A stretch of 64,000 nucleotides of DNA from Escherichia coli (GTDB taxonomy: Bacteria > Pseudomonadota > Gammaproteobacteria > Enterobacterales > Enterobacteriaceae): assembly GCF_024502345.1 (NCBI RefSeq), contig NZ_JALDNN010000001.1, one strand, 5' to 3'. The notes below the pieces were generated by a model. The model was not told where the DNA came from, did not search any database, and was given only the letters and a program-made list of their open reading frames with translations. Below, piece by piece: positions 1 through 12,614 of the stretch. The translations under genes were made by a program, and so were the position numbers. Within the stretch, counting starts at the first letter, position 1, and every line of letters begins with the position of its first letter.

Positions 1-381
1 GTTAATGACGAAGGCTGGTACGCTACGCGCGATCGCGGTGAGATGCATAATGGCAAGCTGACCATTGTCGGACGTTTAGACAATCTATTCTTCAGTGGCG
101 GAGAGGGTATTCAGCCGGAAGAAGTCGAGCGCGTAATTGCTGCACATCCTGCGGTTTTGCAGGTGTTTATCGTCCCCGTTGCCGACAAGGAGTTTGGTCA
201 TCGACCGGTGGCGGTGATGGAGTATGACCACGAGAGCGTTGATCTTAGTGAATGGGTGAAAGATAAGCTGGCCCGTTTTCAGCAACCGGTACGTTGGCTG
301 ACTTTGCCGCCGGAGCTGAAAAACGGCGGTATTAAAATTTCACGTCAGGCGCTAAAAGAGTGGGTGCAACGTCAGCAATAA
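1..381 (+). CDS. menE: o-succinylbenzoate-CoA ligase, C-terminal part (5' end lies outside the window)
   Basis: Frame 1 is open from base 1 to the stop at 379-381; translation VNDEGWYATRDRGEMHNGKLTIVGRLDNLFFSGGEGIQPEEVERVI... is a typical AMP-binding ligase C-terminus; position next to pmrD/arn. Confidence 0.85.
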   Translation, partial: VNDEGWYATRDRGEMHNGKLTIVGRLDNLFFSGGEGIQPEEVERVIAAHPAVLQVFIVPVADKEFGHRPVAVMEYDHESVDLSEWVKDKLARFQQPVRWLTLPPELKNGGIKISRQALKEWVQRQQ

Positions 382-490
382 TTAACCCTCCGTTTCACTT
401 CTCAGTTCTGCCATTCCATTGCCGTTGATAAAGAGTTTATCTGTTAATCTGTAAATTGAGATGAAAACTCTTAGCAAACAGGATAATACA

Positions 491-757
491 ATGGAATGGC
501 TGGTCAAAAAATCGTGCTGCAATAAACAAGATAACAGACATGTACTTATGCTCTGCGATGCTGGCGGCGCGATAAAAATGATCGCCGAAGTGAAGAGTGA
601 CTTCGCCGTGAAAGTGGGGGATTTACTCTCACCTTTGCAGAATGCGCTTTACTGTATTAATCGTGAAAAGCTGCATACGGTGAAAGTCCTCTCCGCAAGC
701 TGTTATAGCCCCGATGAGTGGGAACGGCAGTGTAAAGTGGCAGGGAAAACTCAGTAA
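491..757 (+). CDS. pmrD: PmrD, connector protein linking PhoPQ to PmrAB signalling (88 aa)
   Basis: ATG at 491; translation [35 protein letters not shown]... recognised as PmrD; the six-frame ORF 461..757 is a 10-codon upstream extension. Confidence 0.9.
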   Translation: MEWLVKKSCCNKQDNRHVLMLCDAGGAIKMIAEVKSDFAVKVGDLLSPLQNALYCINREKLHTVKVLSASCYSPDEWERQCKVAGKTQ

Positions 758-1137
758 CGTTGTTTTGTCGTGGGCAGGAAAATCAGCATCAACCCGCTCA
801 TAATACAGGCTACTCCCAGTAGTGCTTTCAGCGAAAAAGTCCCTTCCCAGCCGGGAAGTACCATTGAAGCAATCCATACCAGCACATAACTCATACTGAG
901 CAAGGCATAGGCTTTGCTTAGCGCAAGTTTATGTAGTGTTTTATACCAACAAAAAACGGAAAGCAGATAACCCAGCAGCCCGAGTAACAGTATCCGGGCA
1001 TCCAGCCCAAAAGCTAACAGAGCCGCGATAAAATCCCATAAGTGCGTCATCGGCGGCAGATGACTCGCCGCAAAACCCAGGCTTAATTGCGCAACTGAGG
1101 CAATAATGACGCTGAATAATCCCCACATCAGGCCCAT
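751..1137 (-). CDS. arnF: undecaprenyl-phosphate-Ara4N flippase subunit ArnF (128 aa)
   Basis: Internal start [22 protein letters not shown]... within ORF 751..1419; ATG overlaps the arnE stop (TAATG); small multi-TM protein; 3' end overlaps pmrD 3' end by 7 bp on the opposite strand. Confidence 0.85.
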   Translation of the reverse strand: MGLMWGLFSVIIASVAQLSLGFAASHLPPMTHLWDFIAALLAFGLDARILLLGLLGYLLSVFCWYKTLHKLALSKAYALLSMSYVLVWIASMVLPGWEGTFSLKALLGVACIMSGLMLIFLPTTKQRY

Positions 1138-1472
1138 TACACCGTACTCCCGAGGATCACAATGCCACCAATAATGAACGCCACCCCACACCAGTGACGC
1201 GGCGATACCGGTTCGTGCCACAGTTTTACTGCAGCCAGCGTCACCCAGACAAAATTCAGACTTAACATCGGGTAGGCAATGCCTACCGGTACGTTCTGCA
1301 AGACCAGCAGCCAGAGCACCATGGCAAGACCAAGACAAGCCAGCGCCAGTCCCAGCCACAGCACGATATGTTTGCGCCGTTTGTTTATCGCCACAAAGCA
1401 GGTTGCCTGCTTCTGACACAACTGCCCGGCAACGCTAAGCAAGCTGGCAAAGACTAATGTTAGCCAGATCAT
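1137..1472 (-). CDS. arnE: undecaprenyl-phosphate-Ara4N flippase subunit ArnE (111 aa)
   Basis: ORF 1137..1472; hydrophobic SMR-like protein [22 protein letters not shown]...; start overlaps the arnT stop. Confidence 0.9.
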
Positions 1473-3121
1473 TTGGGACGATACTGAATCAGCACCAGAC
1501 GCTCCTGACGATCGATGGCATCTGCGGGCGGAATGGCGAGACTGTTGATATCTTCATCGCGGTCAACCGAAAGCACGAGTGTAATAATCCCCTCCTGACG
1601 ATGTTGATTAAGCCAGTTTGCGAACTCATCATCGCTGACAAATCTCCCTTTCGCATCCGGATAATTAAGGCCGTATTTCAACTCACCTGTCTGGCGATAC
1701 ATGATGATGTCATCGCGTTGCAGGCTCCATGCCAGACCTGCGGCAACACCGACGCTATCAGTAAGAATATAGCGGCTTGGCTGAAGTGATTCTTGTGTCA
1801 TCTCGACAAAAAATTGCGGATGTTTTCCTTCCATGACTCTGTCAGGAATTGAAAATCCTACCAGCAACGCCAGCCCCAGCGGGCAAAGCGCGGCAAAAGA
1901 CCAGGTCTTTTCGACGTTTGTTAAGGTGTACCAGCCGAAAAATGCCCATAGCGAAAAAATCGACCAGGCACAAAAGACTTTATAGCTCTCGAAGGTTTGC
2001 CACACCGGCGTGTTCATTGGTCCCCAGGGGGAGACCACAAATGTGGCAATAATGCCAGTGACGCCAAAAGCGATGTTAATCCAGCCATTAATCCGCAGCG
2101 CCAGAGGATTATTTTTTGCTGCCAGCAAAGCGTAATGTGCCAACAGCATTGCCAGAGGTGCAAAGCAAGAAAGAATATAGGTGGGCAATTTGCCTTTAGC
2201 GACGGAGAAAAACAGCAGCGGCATTATCGTCCAGCTCAACAAATAGACGGTTGCGGAATGCTTGCGGTTTTTCCAGCCTGTGTACAGTGCACCGGGGAGT
2301 AATCCCAGCCACGGCAGGCTACCGGCAATGATGACCGGCACGTAGTACCAGAACGGGGCTCTGTGTTGGGCATCATCCAGTGCAAAGCGTTGAATATGCT
2401 CAACCCAGAAAAAATAGTGCCAGAAGTCAGGCTCCCGCTGCGCTATCGCCAGTCCCCAGGGGAGAACCGTCAGTACGCAACTGATAACCGCCAGCCAGCC
2501 GTAAATAAAGAGATCTTTCCAGCGTTTTTGCGTCGCTACCCATGGCAGCACGCTTAATACCGGCACGGCAAGGGCGAGAAAACCTTTGGTCATCACCCCC
2601 ATGCCGCAGGTGATTCCCAGCAGTAAAAATCCTGCGCTTTTGCCTTTCCACGTCTGTGCCTGCATTGCCAGCCAGAAGCTGCACATTCCCGCCACCAGCC
2701 AGAAGGCAATAAACGGATCGAGCACGGCATAAGTGCCGATGGCATAGACAATAAACAATGAGAGGTAAATCACTGTGGCGAGTAGAGCCAGACGTTTATC
2801 GCGCCATAAGCGCAGAGTAAACCAGGTCACCAGCGCGGCAGTTAACAGGGTCACAAAGATAACGCCTGCCCGCACACCAAAGTTATTCGCGCCAAATAGC
2901 CATTGCCCAATGCTGTTAATCCAGTATCCGGCAATGGGTTTTTCGAAATAACGTAGCCCTAACAGATGGGGCACAATCCAGTCGCCGGATGCCAGCATTT
3001 CTCGACTGATTTCCGCATAACGCGTTTCATCGGGTTGCCATAGCAGACGCGTGCTGATCGGTAACAGGTAATAGCAGGCAATAAACGCGAAGAGGCCGAT
3101 AAGGTAACGTACCGATTTCAT
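1469..3121 (-). CDS. arnT: undecaprenyl-phosphate 4-amino-4-deoxy-L-arabinose:lipid A arabinosyltransferase ArnT (550 aa)
   Basis: ORF 550 aa, polytopic membrane glycosyltransferase ([42 protein letters not shown]...); operon context. Confidence 0.95.
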
Positions 3122-4011
3122 CAGCGACTACCCGCAATTTGTTGGCAACCCAGCCAGCCTTCACGTCCGGCAATATTTCCGCGAACAACTTGTCCGAGCG
3201 GCAACGTCTCTGATAACAGTTCGCTTAAAGGGCAAAATGTCACGCCTTCCTGAGCTGCGCGTTTGAGGAGATCCACAAAATTATGCTGATAAGCGCAGCC
3301 TTCAACTTCTGCATGAATGGTATAAACCGGCGTGCCTTTATCTCGCAGGATGCGGTTGAGTAACCAACCATTAAAATCTTCTGCTTTCACATCCCGACCA
3401 ATCACTTCGTCCCAGGTGGGTAATGTCACCGGAATTTGCGCAGTGCCAGGGTTTCCTGATTCGAGCAGTGGACGGAACGGCATGGCCCCACGGCAATCGC
3501 TGTTGTAGCGCAAATGGAACGCTTCTTTTGCTTCGATCACCTGCTGGTCGGCACGCCAGCCCGCAGCGGCAGAACAGGTTACCGGTTGACCGATAATCTC
3601 TTCCAGGGTGCGAAGGCCGCGTGCAATATCGTCGATCATTGTTTGCCGATCCCAGTTACCGCTATGGGCTTGCCAGGCATGGTGATCCCAGGCGTGCAGG
3701 CCGACTTCGTGATGTTTAGCCGCTTCACGAATGATATCGGCATTGGCATGACCAATCTCTTTACCTGGCCAGGCCGTACCTGCCAGTAAAATATCCCAGC
3801 CATAAAGCGATGCCGCGTTTGAGCGCAGCATCTTCCACAAAAACTGTGGCTTCACCAGTCGCCAGAGATGGCGGCCCATATTGTCCGGGCCGACGCTGAA
3901 AAAAATGCTGGCCTGAATATTATGCTTACTCAAGATTTCCAGCAGACGCGGCACGCCTTCACGGGTGCCACGAAAGGTATCGACATCAATGCGTAAGCCT
4001 ACTTTGGTCAT
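3121..4011 (-). CDS. arnD: 4-deoxy-4-formamido-L-arabinose-phosphoundecaprenol deformylase ArnD (296 aa)
   Basis: ORF 296 aa, polysaccharide deacetylase-like sequence; start overlaps the arnA stop. Confidence 0.95.
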   Translation of the reverse strand: MTKVGLRIDVDTFRGTREGVPRLLEILSKHNIQASIFFSVGPDNMGRHLWRLVKPQFLWKMLRSNAASLYGWDILLAGTAWPGKEIGHANADIIREAAKHHEVGLHAWDHHAWQAHSGNWDRQTMIDDIARGLRTLEEIIGQPVTCSAAAGWRADQQVIEAKEAFHLRYNSDCRGAMPFRPLLESGNPGTAQIPVTLPTWDEVIGRDVKAEDFNGWLLNRILRDKGTPVYTIHAEVEGCAYQHNFVDLLKRAAQEGVTFCPLSELLSETLPLGQVVRGNIAGREGWLGCQQIAGSR

Positions 4012-5989
4012 GATGGTTTATCCGTAAGATCAACGGTGCGCAGGAAGAAATCCAGCGTTTCGTCGATGGTTTCCTGCATATCAATTTTCGGTTCCCAGTC
4101 CAGGCAGCGGTGGGCATTGCGGATGCTCGGTTTACGATGCTCTACGTCCTGATATCCTTTGCCGTAGTAGCTGCTACTTTCGACAACGCGAAAGCCCGTA
4201 AACGGTGGGAAATGATGGCGCAGCGGATGTTTTTCGAAGCTCGCCAGCAGCATCTCGCCCAGTTCCTCAATGCTCGCTTCGTTCTCAGGATTGCCAATGT
4301 TGATAATTTCGCCGTCGCAGCGATTTCCCGCATTTTCGATAATGCGGTATAACGCCTCGATACCATCGCGAATATCAGTAAAGCAGCGTTTTTGTTTTCC
4401 GCCATCAATCAGCTTAATCGGTGAACCTTCTACCAGATTGAGAATGAGTTGCGTAATCGCGCGGGAGCTGCCGATTCGTGCCGCATTAAGGTTATCCAGT
4501 CGTGGTCCCATCCAGTTAAACGGGCGGAAGAGGGTGAACTGTAAACCCTCTTTTTCGCCATAGGCCCAGATAACCCGATCAAGTAATTGTTTTGACACCG
4601 AATAAATCCAGCGTGGTTTATTCACCGGGCCGACGATTAAATTAGAATGGTCCTCATCGAAGTATTTATCGCTACACATCCCATAAACTTCTGAAGTTGA
4701 CGGGAAGATGATTCGCTTACGGTACTTCACGCAGTAGCGGATAATGCGCAGATTCTCTTCAAAATCGAGTTCAAATACGCGCAGCGGGTTGCGGGTATAT
4801 TCAATCGGCGTGGCTATCGCCACCAGCGGCAAGACGACATCACATTTTTTGACGTGATACTCAATCCATTCGGAATGAATACTGATATCGCCTTCGACAA
4901 AGTGAAAATGCGGATGATTCAGAAAACGGCTTATCGCATCGCTGCCAATATCCAGACCGTAAACTTCATAATGATCTTCGCGCAGCAGGCGTTCTGTCAG
5001 ATGGTTGCCAATAAAGCCATTCACCCCGAGGATGAGTACCCGGGTACGGCGTCGGGCGGCACAGGCAGGCTGGCTATTCAAGCGTGAACCTTGCACCAGG
5101 CCCAGCGTCTGCGCTAATTGCGAGCCCTGCATAGTAATGCCGTCGCCCGCCTGTCCGGTGACGATTTCCAGCGCGCCATCGCCACAGGCAATCAGCAACG
5201 GCGCAACAGAAATCACGCTCCCCGGCTGTGCTTTGCTGGCATGAGGATGAACACGCGACGACCAGACGGTGAATTTCTGATTGCCAGCATAGCTGAAGGC
5301 ACCCGGCCACGGATCGGCAACGGCACGTACCATGTTGTGCAGTACGGATGCCGGCTTATGCCATTCGAGGAAACTGTCATCCGGCGTTCTGCGACCAAAA
5401 CAGGTGGCTTCGTTTTCGCGCTGGGCGATTTCCAGAATATTACCGTGTTTAATGGCGGGTAATGTCTGTTCCAGTAGCTGGCGCGCGGCATGGCACAATT
5501 TATGATGCAGCGTAATGGCGATATCATCTGGCGCAATGGCAACGCGCAGTTGCGCCACAATGGCCCCGGCATCGGCACGTTTTACCATTCGGTGCAATGT
5601 AACGCCAGTTTCTGTTTCACCGTTCACCAGCACCCAGTTCAGCGGCGCGCGACCACGATATTTTGGTAACAGCGAACCATGCAGATTAAATGCACCTGCG
5701 GGAGCGAGCTGCAAAATTTCGTCGCAAATAAGATGGCGATAATAAAAAGAGAAAATCACATCTGGCGACAGTTGGGCAATGCGTTCCACCCACAGCGGAT
5801 GATTAACGTCATCCGGCGCATAAACCGGAATGCCTCTTTCCGCCGCCAGACGAGCCACAGAACCATAAAAGGCTTTTTCACCGGGATTATCGGTATGGGT
5901 AAAAATGGCGCTAATTTCGTAACCGGTAGCCAGCAGGGCTTCAATACCGAGGCATCCCATATCGTGGTAGGCAAAAACGACGGTTTTCA

Positions 5990-5990
<1 letters not shown>
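4008..5990 (-). CDS. arnA: bifunctional UDP-glucuronic acid decarboxylase / UDP-Ara4N formyltransferase ArnA (660 aa)
   Basis: ORF 660 aa; N-terminal formyltransferase fold and C-terminal Rossmann motif [14 protein letters not shown]; operon context. Confidence 0.96.
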
Positions 5991-6961
<971 letters not shown>

Positions 6962-8119
6962 TTATTGTCCTGCGAGTTGCTGAAGGGCTGTGATGACATA
7001 GTCGGCATCGGCGGTAGTCATATCCGGGAACAGCGGCAAAGAACAGATGCGTTCGCTATTCCATTCGGTATTCGGTAACGACAGCGTGGGAAAACGCTCG
7101 CGATAATATTTTTGTGTGTGAGCGGCGCGGAAATGTAACCCGGTACCAATGCCTCTTTCTTTTAACGCTTCCATCAACGCATTTCGACTGATACCACAAC
7201 GTTGTTCATCGATACGAATAATAAACAGATGCCAGGCGTGAACGTGCGGCCAGGCGGGAAGGCTTAATGGCTGAAAGGGGAGAGCTGCCAGTGCTTGCTG
7301 ATATTGCAGGGCAATTTCGCGCCGACGGGTGTTGAGGTGCTCTAATTTAGCTAACTGTGTCAGGGCAATCGCGGCGTTAATATCGGTCAGATTGTACTTA
7401 TAGCCCGGAGTTAAGACTTCAGCCTGCGGTGCACGGCCCCAGGTTTGTCTGTCATAGGCATCGACACCCAGACCGTGAAATTTCAGCATCCGTAGCTGGC
7501 GGGCAAGGTTTTCATTATCAGTTACAATCAGGCCACCTTCAGCACAGGTAATATTTTTAATGGCATGAAATGAAAAAATAGCGGTACCTTTTGCGCCAAT
7601 ATGTCGCCCTTTGTAATACGTACCTACGGCATGGGCAGCATCTTCGATAACTGCGATGCCGTAACGTTCGCCAATGGCGCGAATGGCGTCAATATCTGCT
7701 GGCGCACCGGCATAATGCACCGGAATGATGGCTTTAGTGCGTGGCGTAATGGCTGATTCGATCGCTTCAGGCGTGACCATCAGCGTATCGCGATCGACAT
7801 CCACCATTACCGGTGTTGCACCCAGCAAGGAAATCATATTGAGGGTTGAAACCCAGGTCAGGGAAGGCGTAATCACTTCATCGCCCTTGCCAATTTCCAA
7901 CGCCATTAGCGTGATATGCATTCCGGCGGTGGCTGAACTGACCGCGATGGCATGCTGATTTCCCGTCAACTGGCAAAAGGCTTGTTCAAGCGCGTGATTC
8001 TTCGGACCGGTTGTGATCCAACCGGATTCGAGAACCTCTTTAACTGCAGCGAGTTCCTCCACGCCCATTGCTGGTCGCGAAAAAGGCAAAAATTCTGACA
8101 TTGCTTTTCCTTCCGCCAT
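6962..8119 (-). CDS. arnB: UDP-4-amino-4-deoxy-L-arabinose--oxoglutarate aminotransferase ArnB (385 aa from MAEGK; ORF extends to 8134)
   Basis: DegT/ArnB-type PLP aminotransferase ([11 protein letters not shown]..., [13 protein letters not shown]); first gene of the operon; start choice 8119 versus 8134 is uncertain. Confidence 0.93.
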   Translation of the reverse strand: MAEGKAMSEFLPFSRPAMGVEELAAVKEVLESGWITTGPKNHALEQAFCQLTGNQHAIAVSSATAGMHITLMALEIGKGDEVITPSLTWVSTLNMISLLGATPVMVDVDRDTLMVTPEAIESAITPRTKAIIPVHYAGAPADIDAIRAIGERYGIAVIEDAAHAVGTYYKGRHIGAKGTAIFSFHAIKNITCAEGGLIVTDNENLARQLRMLKFHGLGVDAYDRQTWGRAPQAEVLTPGYKYNLTDINAAIALTQLAKLEHLNTRRREIALQYQQALAALPFQPLSLPAWPHVHAWHLFIIRIDEQRCGISRNALMEALKERGIGTGLHFRAAHTQKYYRERFPTLSLPNTEWNSERICSLPLFPDMTTADADYVITALQQLAGQ

Positions 8120-8199
8120 TGAATACCTGTCCACTTATATTTGCTATAAAGAGTGTTGTGTATATTTTGCCATTTGGAGCGAAATTTTAAGGATAGAAT

Positions 8200-8216
8200 A
8201 TTAACTTAACCTTAAG
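8200..8216 (-). promoter_or_regulatory. PmrA (BasR) box upstream of arnB: CTTAAG-N5-GTTAAT when read on the minus strand
   Basis: Direct hexamer repeat with 5-bp spacer matching the PmrA consensus CTTAAT-N5-CTTAAT, about 80-95 bp upstream of the arnB start codon in the arnB-ais divergent intergenic region. Confidence 0.7.
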
Positions 8217-8408
8217 AAACTAATATTAGACGTAAATATTGAAATTTTTATATTTTTTCTTATTTAGGCTTTGCATTTGGCAAAATTTTGAGGCATTTTG
8301 CCGGCATCGCAGGATTTTTAATATTACACCAACTGCTAATTATCGCCAGAAATGTCGCTCAATTTCACGGTAATTGTCTGGTTGCGCTTGTCTATAGGTG
8401 GAGTTTAC

Positions 8409-9011
8409 GTGTTAGCTTTTTGCCGCTCTTCGTTGAAGTCAAAAAAATATTTCATCATTTTACTGGCGCTCGCTGCAATTGCCGGACTGGGTACTCATGC
8501 TGCCTGGAGTAGCAATGGTTTGCCACGTATCGACAATAAAACACTGGCCAGACTGGCACAGCAGCACCCGGTTGTCGTTTTGTTTCGCCATGCTGAACGT
8601 TGCGATCGTTCAACCAATCAATGCTTGTCAGATAAAACAGGTATTACGGTCAAAGGTACCCAGGATGCCCGTGAACTGGGCAACGCTTTTAGCGCTGACA
8701 TCCCTGATTTCGATCTTTATTCCAGTAATACCGTCCGGACCATTCAGTCCGCGACCTGGTTTTCAGCGGGTAAAAAGCTCACGGTAGATAAACGACTTCT
8801 TCAATGCGGTAATGAGATCTATAGTGCAATTAAAGACTTACAAAGCAAAGCACCTGATAAAAATATCGTTATTTTTACCCATAATCATTGCCTGACATAT
8901 ATTGCTAAAGATAAGCGTGATGCGACATTTAAACCTGATTATCTGGATGGTTTAGTCATGCATGTGGAAAAAGGCAAAGTTTATCTGGATGGGGAATTCG
9001 TTAACCACTAA
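8409..9011 (+). CDS. ais: Ais, lipopolysaccharide core heptose(II)-phosphate phosphatase, aluminium-inducible (200 aa, GTG start)
   Basis: Translation from GTG 8409 ([26 protein letters not shown]...) has a signal-like N-terminus and the histidine-phosphatase motif LFRHAER; the longer ATG-initiated ORF 8352..9011 is probably not the real start. Confidence 0.85.
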   Translation: MLAFCRSSLKSKKYFIILLALAAIAGLGTHAAWSSNGLPRIDNKTLARLAQQHPVVVLFRHAERCDRSTNQCLSDKTGITVKGTQDARELGNAFSADIPDFDLYSSNTVRTIQSATWFSAGKKLTVDKRLLQCGNEIYSAIKDLQSKAPDKNIVIFTHNHCLTYIAKDKRDATFKPDYLDGLVMHVEKGKVYLDGEFVNH

Positions 9012-9022
9012 ATTTTCAATCT

Positions 9023-9042
9023 GACAGCCAGTGATGGCTGTC
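9023..9042. terminator. 7-bp perfect stem hairpin (GACAGCC-N6-GGCTGTC) between convergent ais and nudI; candidate bidirectional terminator
   Basis: Inverted repeat seen directly in the 38-bp gap between the two stop codons; no strong T-run. Confidence 0.4.
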
Positions 9043-9049
9043 ATCATTG

Positions 9050-9475
9050 TTAAAGAAGACCTTTCAAACGTAACGTTTTTCGGGTGGCAACATTCAAATC
9101 ATAATGCACCAGATCTTCAGGTTTTACCCACGCGTAGTCCTGAAACTCTTCGTTTATTTTCACTTCTCGGTTGGCAGAAACGCAGTCAAAAATCAGGTAA
9201 ATCATATAAATCTCTTCCTTGCGACCATCTGCATACGTCTTGGTGCGAATATCATCGCTGAAGGTCCACGGCGTGATTTCTGTCAAAAGCAGCTGTTCTC
9301 CCAATTCTTCGCGAATTTCGCGGCGTAGTGCCTCTTCAATTCGTTCGCCGGGCTCCACGCCGCCACCCGAAAGCGCCCATTGACCGGGGAAAACGCCGCG
9401 ATCGTCGGCCATTTTACACAGCAAATAAGCACCATCATTTTGAATCAAAGGGCATACAATAGTCCGTTGTCGCAC
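9050..9475 (-). CDS. nudI: Nudix hydrolase NudI (141 aa, GTG start)
   Basis: Nudix box [23 protein letters not shown]; start assigned to GTG at 9475 ([19 protein letters not shown]...). Confidence 0.88.
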   Translation of the reverse strand: MRQRTIVCPLIQNDGAYLLCKMADDRGVFPGQWALSGGGVEPGERIEEALRREIREELGEQLLLTEITPWTFSDDIRTKTYADGRKEEIYMIYLIFDCVSANREVKINEEFQDYAWVKPEDLVHYDLNVATRKTLRLKGLL

Positions 9476-9753
9476 AGGGGTATTCCTTATAAATAAAAAG
9501 AAACCATGAGAATACGGTAACTCAGAAATATGTGAAAGTGACAGTAATCTCTTTTGCGATGATAACTGCACTTATTATTATTTTTGTGTGTATCGGTAAG
9601 CTGTGTTTATTTTTTCGGCGTTTAATTATTTAAGAAGTATTTAGTTACAATAAGTGACTAGATCCCTTTTTTCGCTCATTGAATCCTCTGCGCCAGGCAG
9701 TACAATCCCGCAGCTTTGGGAATTTTGATTAATTGCTTGTGGGAAAGGGGATA

Positions 9754-10296
9754 ATGAAAAAAATTGCGCTAGCAGGTCTGGCCGGAATGCTGTTGGTTTC
9801 TGCATCGGTCAATGCAATGAGCATCAGCGGCCAGGCGGGTAAAGAATACACCAATATTGGTGTCGGTTTTGGGACTGAATCGACGGGCCTGGCGTTAAGC
9901 GGTAACTGGACACATAACGACGACGACGGTGACGTCGCTGGCGTGGGGCTGGGGTTGAATCTGCCTCTCGGGCCGTTAATGGCGACCGTTGGCGGAAAAG
10001 GCGTTTACACCAACCCGAATTACGGCGATGAAGGTTATGCCGCAGCGGTAGGAGGTGGTTTGCAGTGGAAAATTGGCAACAGCTTCCGTTTGTTTGGCGA
10101 GTATTACTACTCTCCGGATTCGCTCTCCAGCGGTATTCAAAGTTATGAGGAAGCGAATGCTGGCGCGCGTTACACCATTATGCGTCCAGTCAGTATTGAG
10201 GCGGGTTATCGCTACCTGAATCTGTCGGGTAAAGACGGCAACCGCGACAACGCCGTGGCTGACGGCCCGTATGTTGGGGTTAACGCCAGTTTCTGA
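9754..10296 (+). CDS. yfaZ: outer-membrane beta-barrel protein YfaZ (180 aa)
   Basis: ATG 9754 preceded by AAGGGG; signal peptide MKKIALAGLAGMLLVSASVNA; Gly/Tyr-rich beta-strand composition ending in F. Confidence 0.88.
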   Translation: MKKIALAGLAGMLLVSASVNAMSISGQAGKEYTNIGVGFGTESTGLALSGNWTHNDDDGDVAGVGLGLNLPLGPLMATVGGKGVYTNPNYGDEGYAAAVGGGLQWKIGNSFRLFGEYYYSPDSLSSGIQSYEEANAGARYTIMRPVSIEAGYRYLNLSGKDGNRDNAVADGPYVGVNASF

Positions 10297-10302
10297 TCCC
10301 TT

Positions 10303-10326
10303 CCGGCGCGGCATTCTGCCGCGCCA
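10303..10326 (+). terminator. GC-rich hairpin (GGCGCGGC...GCCGCGCC) downstream of yfaZ
   Basis: Inverted repeat immediately after the yfaZ stop, followed by a moderately T-rich tract. Confidence 0.45.
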
Positions 10327-10395
10327 TTCAGTTTCTTACTACGCCTTATCTCCCTTTGCGTTATAGTGATTCGATAACAAAAGCAGGAGATAACC

Positions 10396-11598
10396 ATGTT
10401 AAAAGTGGAAATGCTATCCACCGGGGATGAAGTGTTACACGGGCAAATCGTTGACACTAACGCTGCCTGGCTGGCCGATTTTTTCTTTCATCAGGGGTTG
10501 CCATTATCTCGCCGCAATACGGTGGGGGATAACCTTGATGACTTAGTCACCATTCTTCGCGAACGTAGTCAGCACGCCGATGTGCTGATCGTTAACGGCG
10601 GGCTGGGGCCGACCAGTGATGATTTAAGCGCACTCGCCGCTGCGACAGCAAAAGGTGAAGGCCTGGTGTTGCATGAAGCCTGGCTCAAAGAGATGGAACG
10701 CTATTTCCACGAACGTGGACGAGTAATAGCACCGAGCAACCGTAAACAAGCGGAGCTGCCTGCCAGTGCTGAATTTATCAATAACCCGGTAGGCACCGCC
10801 TGTGGTTTTGCCGTGCAGCTTAATCGTTGCCTGATGTTCTTTACCCCCGGCGTACCGTCAGAATTTAAGGTGATGGTCGAGCACGAAATCCTGCCGCGCC
10901 TGCGCGAGCGTTTTTCTTTACCACAGCCGCCGGTTTGCCTGCGTTTGACTACCTTTGGTCGTTCGGAAAGCGATCTGGCACAAAGCCTGGACACTCTACA
11001 ACTGCCGCCGGGGGTAACAATGGGCTATCGCTCCTCAATGCCGATCATCGAACTGAAACTCACCGGACCGGCAAGCGAGCAACAGGCGATGGAAAAACTG
11101 TGGCTGGACGTTAAACGTGTTGCCGGACAGAGCGTGATTTTCGAAGGCACCGAAGGACTGCCCGCGCAGATCAGTCGCGAATTGCAAAACCGCCAGTTCA
11201 GCCTGACGTTGAGCGAGCAATTCACCGGTGGTTTATTGGCTTTGCAACTTTCTCGCGCAGGTGCTCCACTGCTGGCGTGTGAAGTGGTTCCTTCACAGGA
11301 GGAAACCCTGGCGCAAACTGCGCACTGGATTACAGAACGGCGGGCCAACCATTTTGCCGGGCTGGCACTGGCTGTTTCGGGTTTCGAGAACGAGCATCTC
11401 AACTTTGCGCTAGCCACGCCAGACGGTACTTTCGCTCTGCGTGTGCGTTTCAGCACTACACGCTATAGCCTGGCTATCCGTCAGGAAGTGTGCGCAATGA
11501 TGGCACTGAATATGCTGCGCCGTTGGTTAAACGGCCAGGACATCGCCAGTGAGCATGGCTGGATTGAGGTTGTTGAGTCCATGACCTTATCCGTCTGA
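10396..11598 (+). CDS. yfaY: CinA-family protein YfaY (400 aa)
   Basis: N-terminal MoCF-biosynthesis/CinA-like domain (MLSTGDEVLHGQIVDTNAAWLA..., LIVNGGLGPTSDD); length and context. Confidence 0.88.
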   Translation: MLKVEMLSTGDEVLHGQIVDTNAAWLADFFFHQGLPLSRRNTVGDNLDDLVTILRERSQHADVLIVNGGLGPTSDDLSALAAATAKGEGLVLHEAWLKEMERYFHERGRVIAPSNRKQAELPASAEFINNPVGTACGFAVQLNRCLMFFTPGVPSEFKVMVEHEILPRLRERFSLPQPPVCLRLTTFGRSESDLAQSLDTLQLPPGVTMGYRSSMPIIELKLTGPASEQQAMEKLWLDVKRVAGQSVIFEGTEGLPAQISRELQNRQFSLTLSEQFTGGLLALQLSRAGAPLLACEVVPSQEETLAQTAHWITERRANHFAGLALAVSGFENEHLNFALATPDGTFALRVRFSTTRYSLAIRQEVCAMMALNMLRRWLNGQDIASEHGWIEVVESMTLSV

Positions 11599-11817
11599 TT
11601 CCGCCACTCTGTGCCGGTTTACTGCACCGGCACATTCCCCCTCCGGCAAAATTTGTCCAACCTGTTGTACTCAATAAGAAAAAATCCGTGCGCTGATTCA
11701 CAAATTTGTGCGTAATTTCTCCAGTCCGTTGGACGAGGAGCGGGATTTGATGCGCTTCACAATTTTACTCCCCCTGAGCAACGAGACTGATTCCAGTATC
11801 TAAGACTGGAGTCCAGT

Positions 11818-12600
11818 ATGTTGGAATCAAGCAAAGTTCCCGCCCTGACACGGGCTATTGATATTCTCAATTTGATTGCCCGCATTGGCCCCTGTAATGC
11901 TGCGACGATCATTGACACATTGGGGATCCCTAAAAGCACGGCCTATTTGCTGCTTAATGAACTCAGGCGTCAGCGTTTTCTTAGCCTTGATCACCAGGAA
12001 AATTTTTGTTTGTGGACCAAGCTGGTGGAGCTTTCCGGTCATGCGTTAAGCAAGATGGATCTCCGGGAACTGGCTCGACCGCGTTTGACGCAACTGATGG
12101 ATACCACCGGGCTGTTATGTCACCTGGGGATTATTGATAACGGCAGCGCTTATTACATTTTGAAAGTGGAGTCATCAGCCACTATCAGCGTGCGTTCACA
12201 TGAAGGAAAAAGCCTTTCGCTTTATCGCTCCGGAATAGGTAAATGCCTGCTTGCCTGGCAACCTGCAACTGTACAGCAAAGTATTATCGAAGGGCTGGTC
12301 TGGGAGCAGGCGACACCCACAACGATTACTCATCCACAGCAACTTCACGAAGAACTGGCGCGTATTCGCCGTCAGGGCTGGAGCTATGACAACGGCGAAG
12401 ATTACGCCGATGTCCGTTGTGTCGCTGCGCCGGTGTTTAACGCCAATAACGAGCTTACCGCTGCGATCTCGGTGGTCGGTACCCGCTTACAAATCAATGA
12501 AGAATACCGTGATTATCTGGCGGGCAAGGCCATTGCCTGCGCCAGGGATATTTCACGTCTGTTGGGATGGAAAAGTCCCTTTGACTTACAAGCCTCATAA
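11818..12600 (+). CDS. rhmR: IclR-family transcriptional regulator RhmR (260 aa)
   Basis: N-terminal HTH ([41 protein letters not shown]) and IclR effector domain; first gene of the rhamnonate cluster. Confidence 0.88.
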   Translation: MLESSKVPALTRAIDILNLIARIGPCNAATIIDTLGIPKSTAYLLLNELRRQRFLSLDHQENFCLWTKLVELSGHALSKMDLRELARPRLTQLMDTTGLLCHLGIIDNGSAYYILKVESSATISVRSHEGKSLSLYRSGIGKCLLAWQPATVQQSIIEGLVWEQATPTTITHPQQLHEELARIRRQGWSYDNGEDYADVRCVAAPVFNANNELTAAISVVGTRLQINEEYRDYLAGKAIACARDISRLLGWKSPFDLQAS

Positions 12601-12614
12601 CAATGGAGAACATC

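Noticed and set aside
8352-9011. 219-aa ATG-initiated ORF for ais
   Set aside because: The phosphatase sequence with a signal-like N-terminus begins at the internal GTG (8409), giving the expected 200-aa product; the upstream extension is probably untranslated leader, but this is uncertain.
11599-11817. Possible terminator hairpin after yfaY (GTGCCGGT-N7-ACCGGCAC, 11611-11633)
   Set aside because: The stem is present but is not followed by a T-run; too weak to call as an intrinsic terminator.
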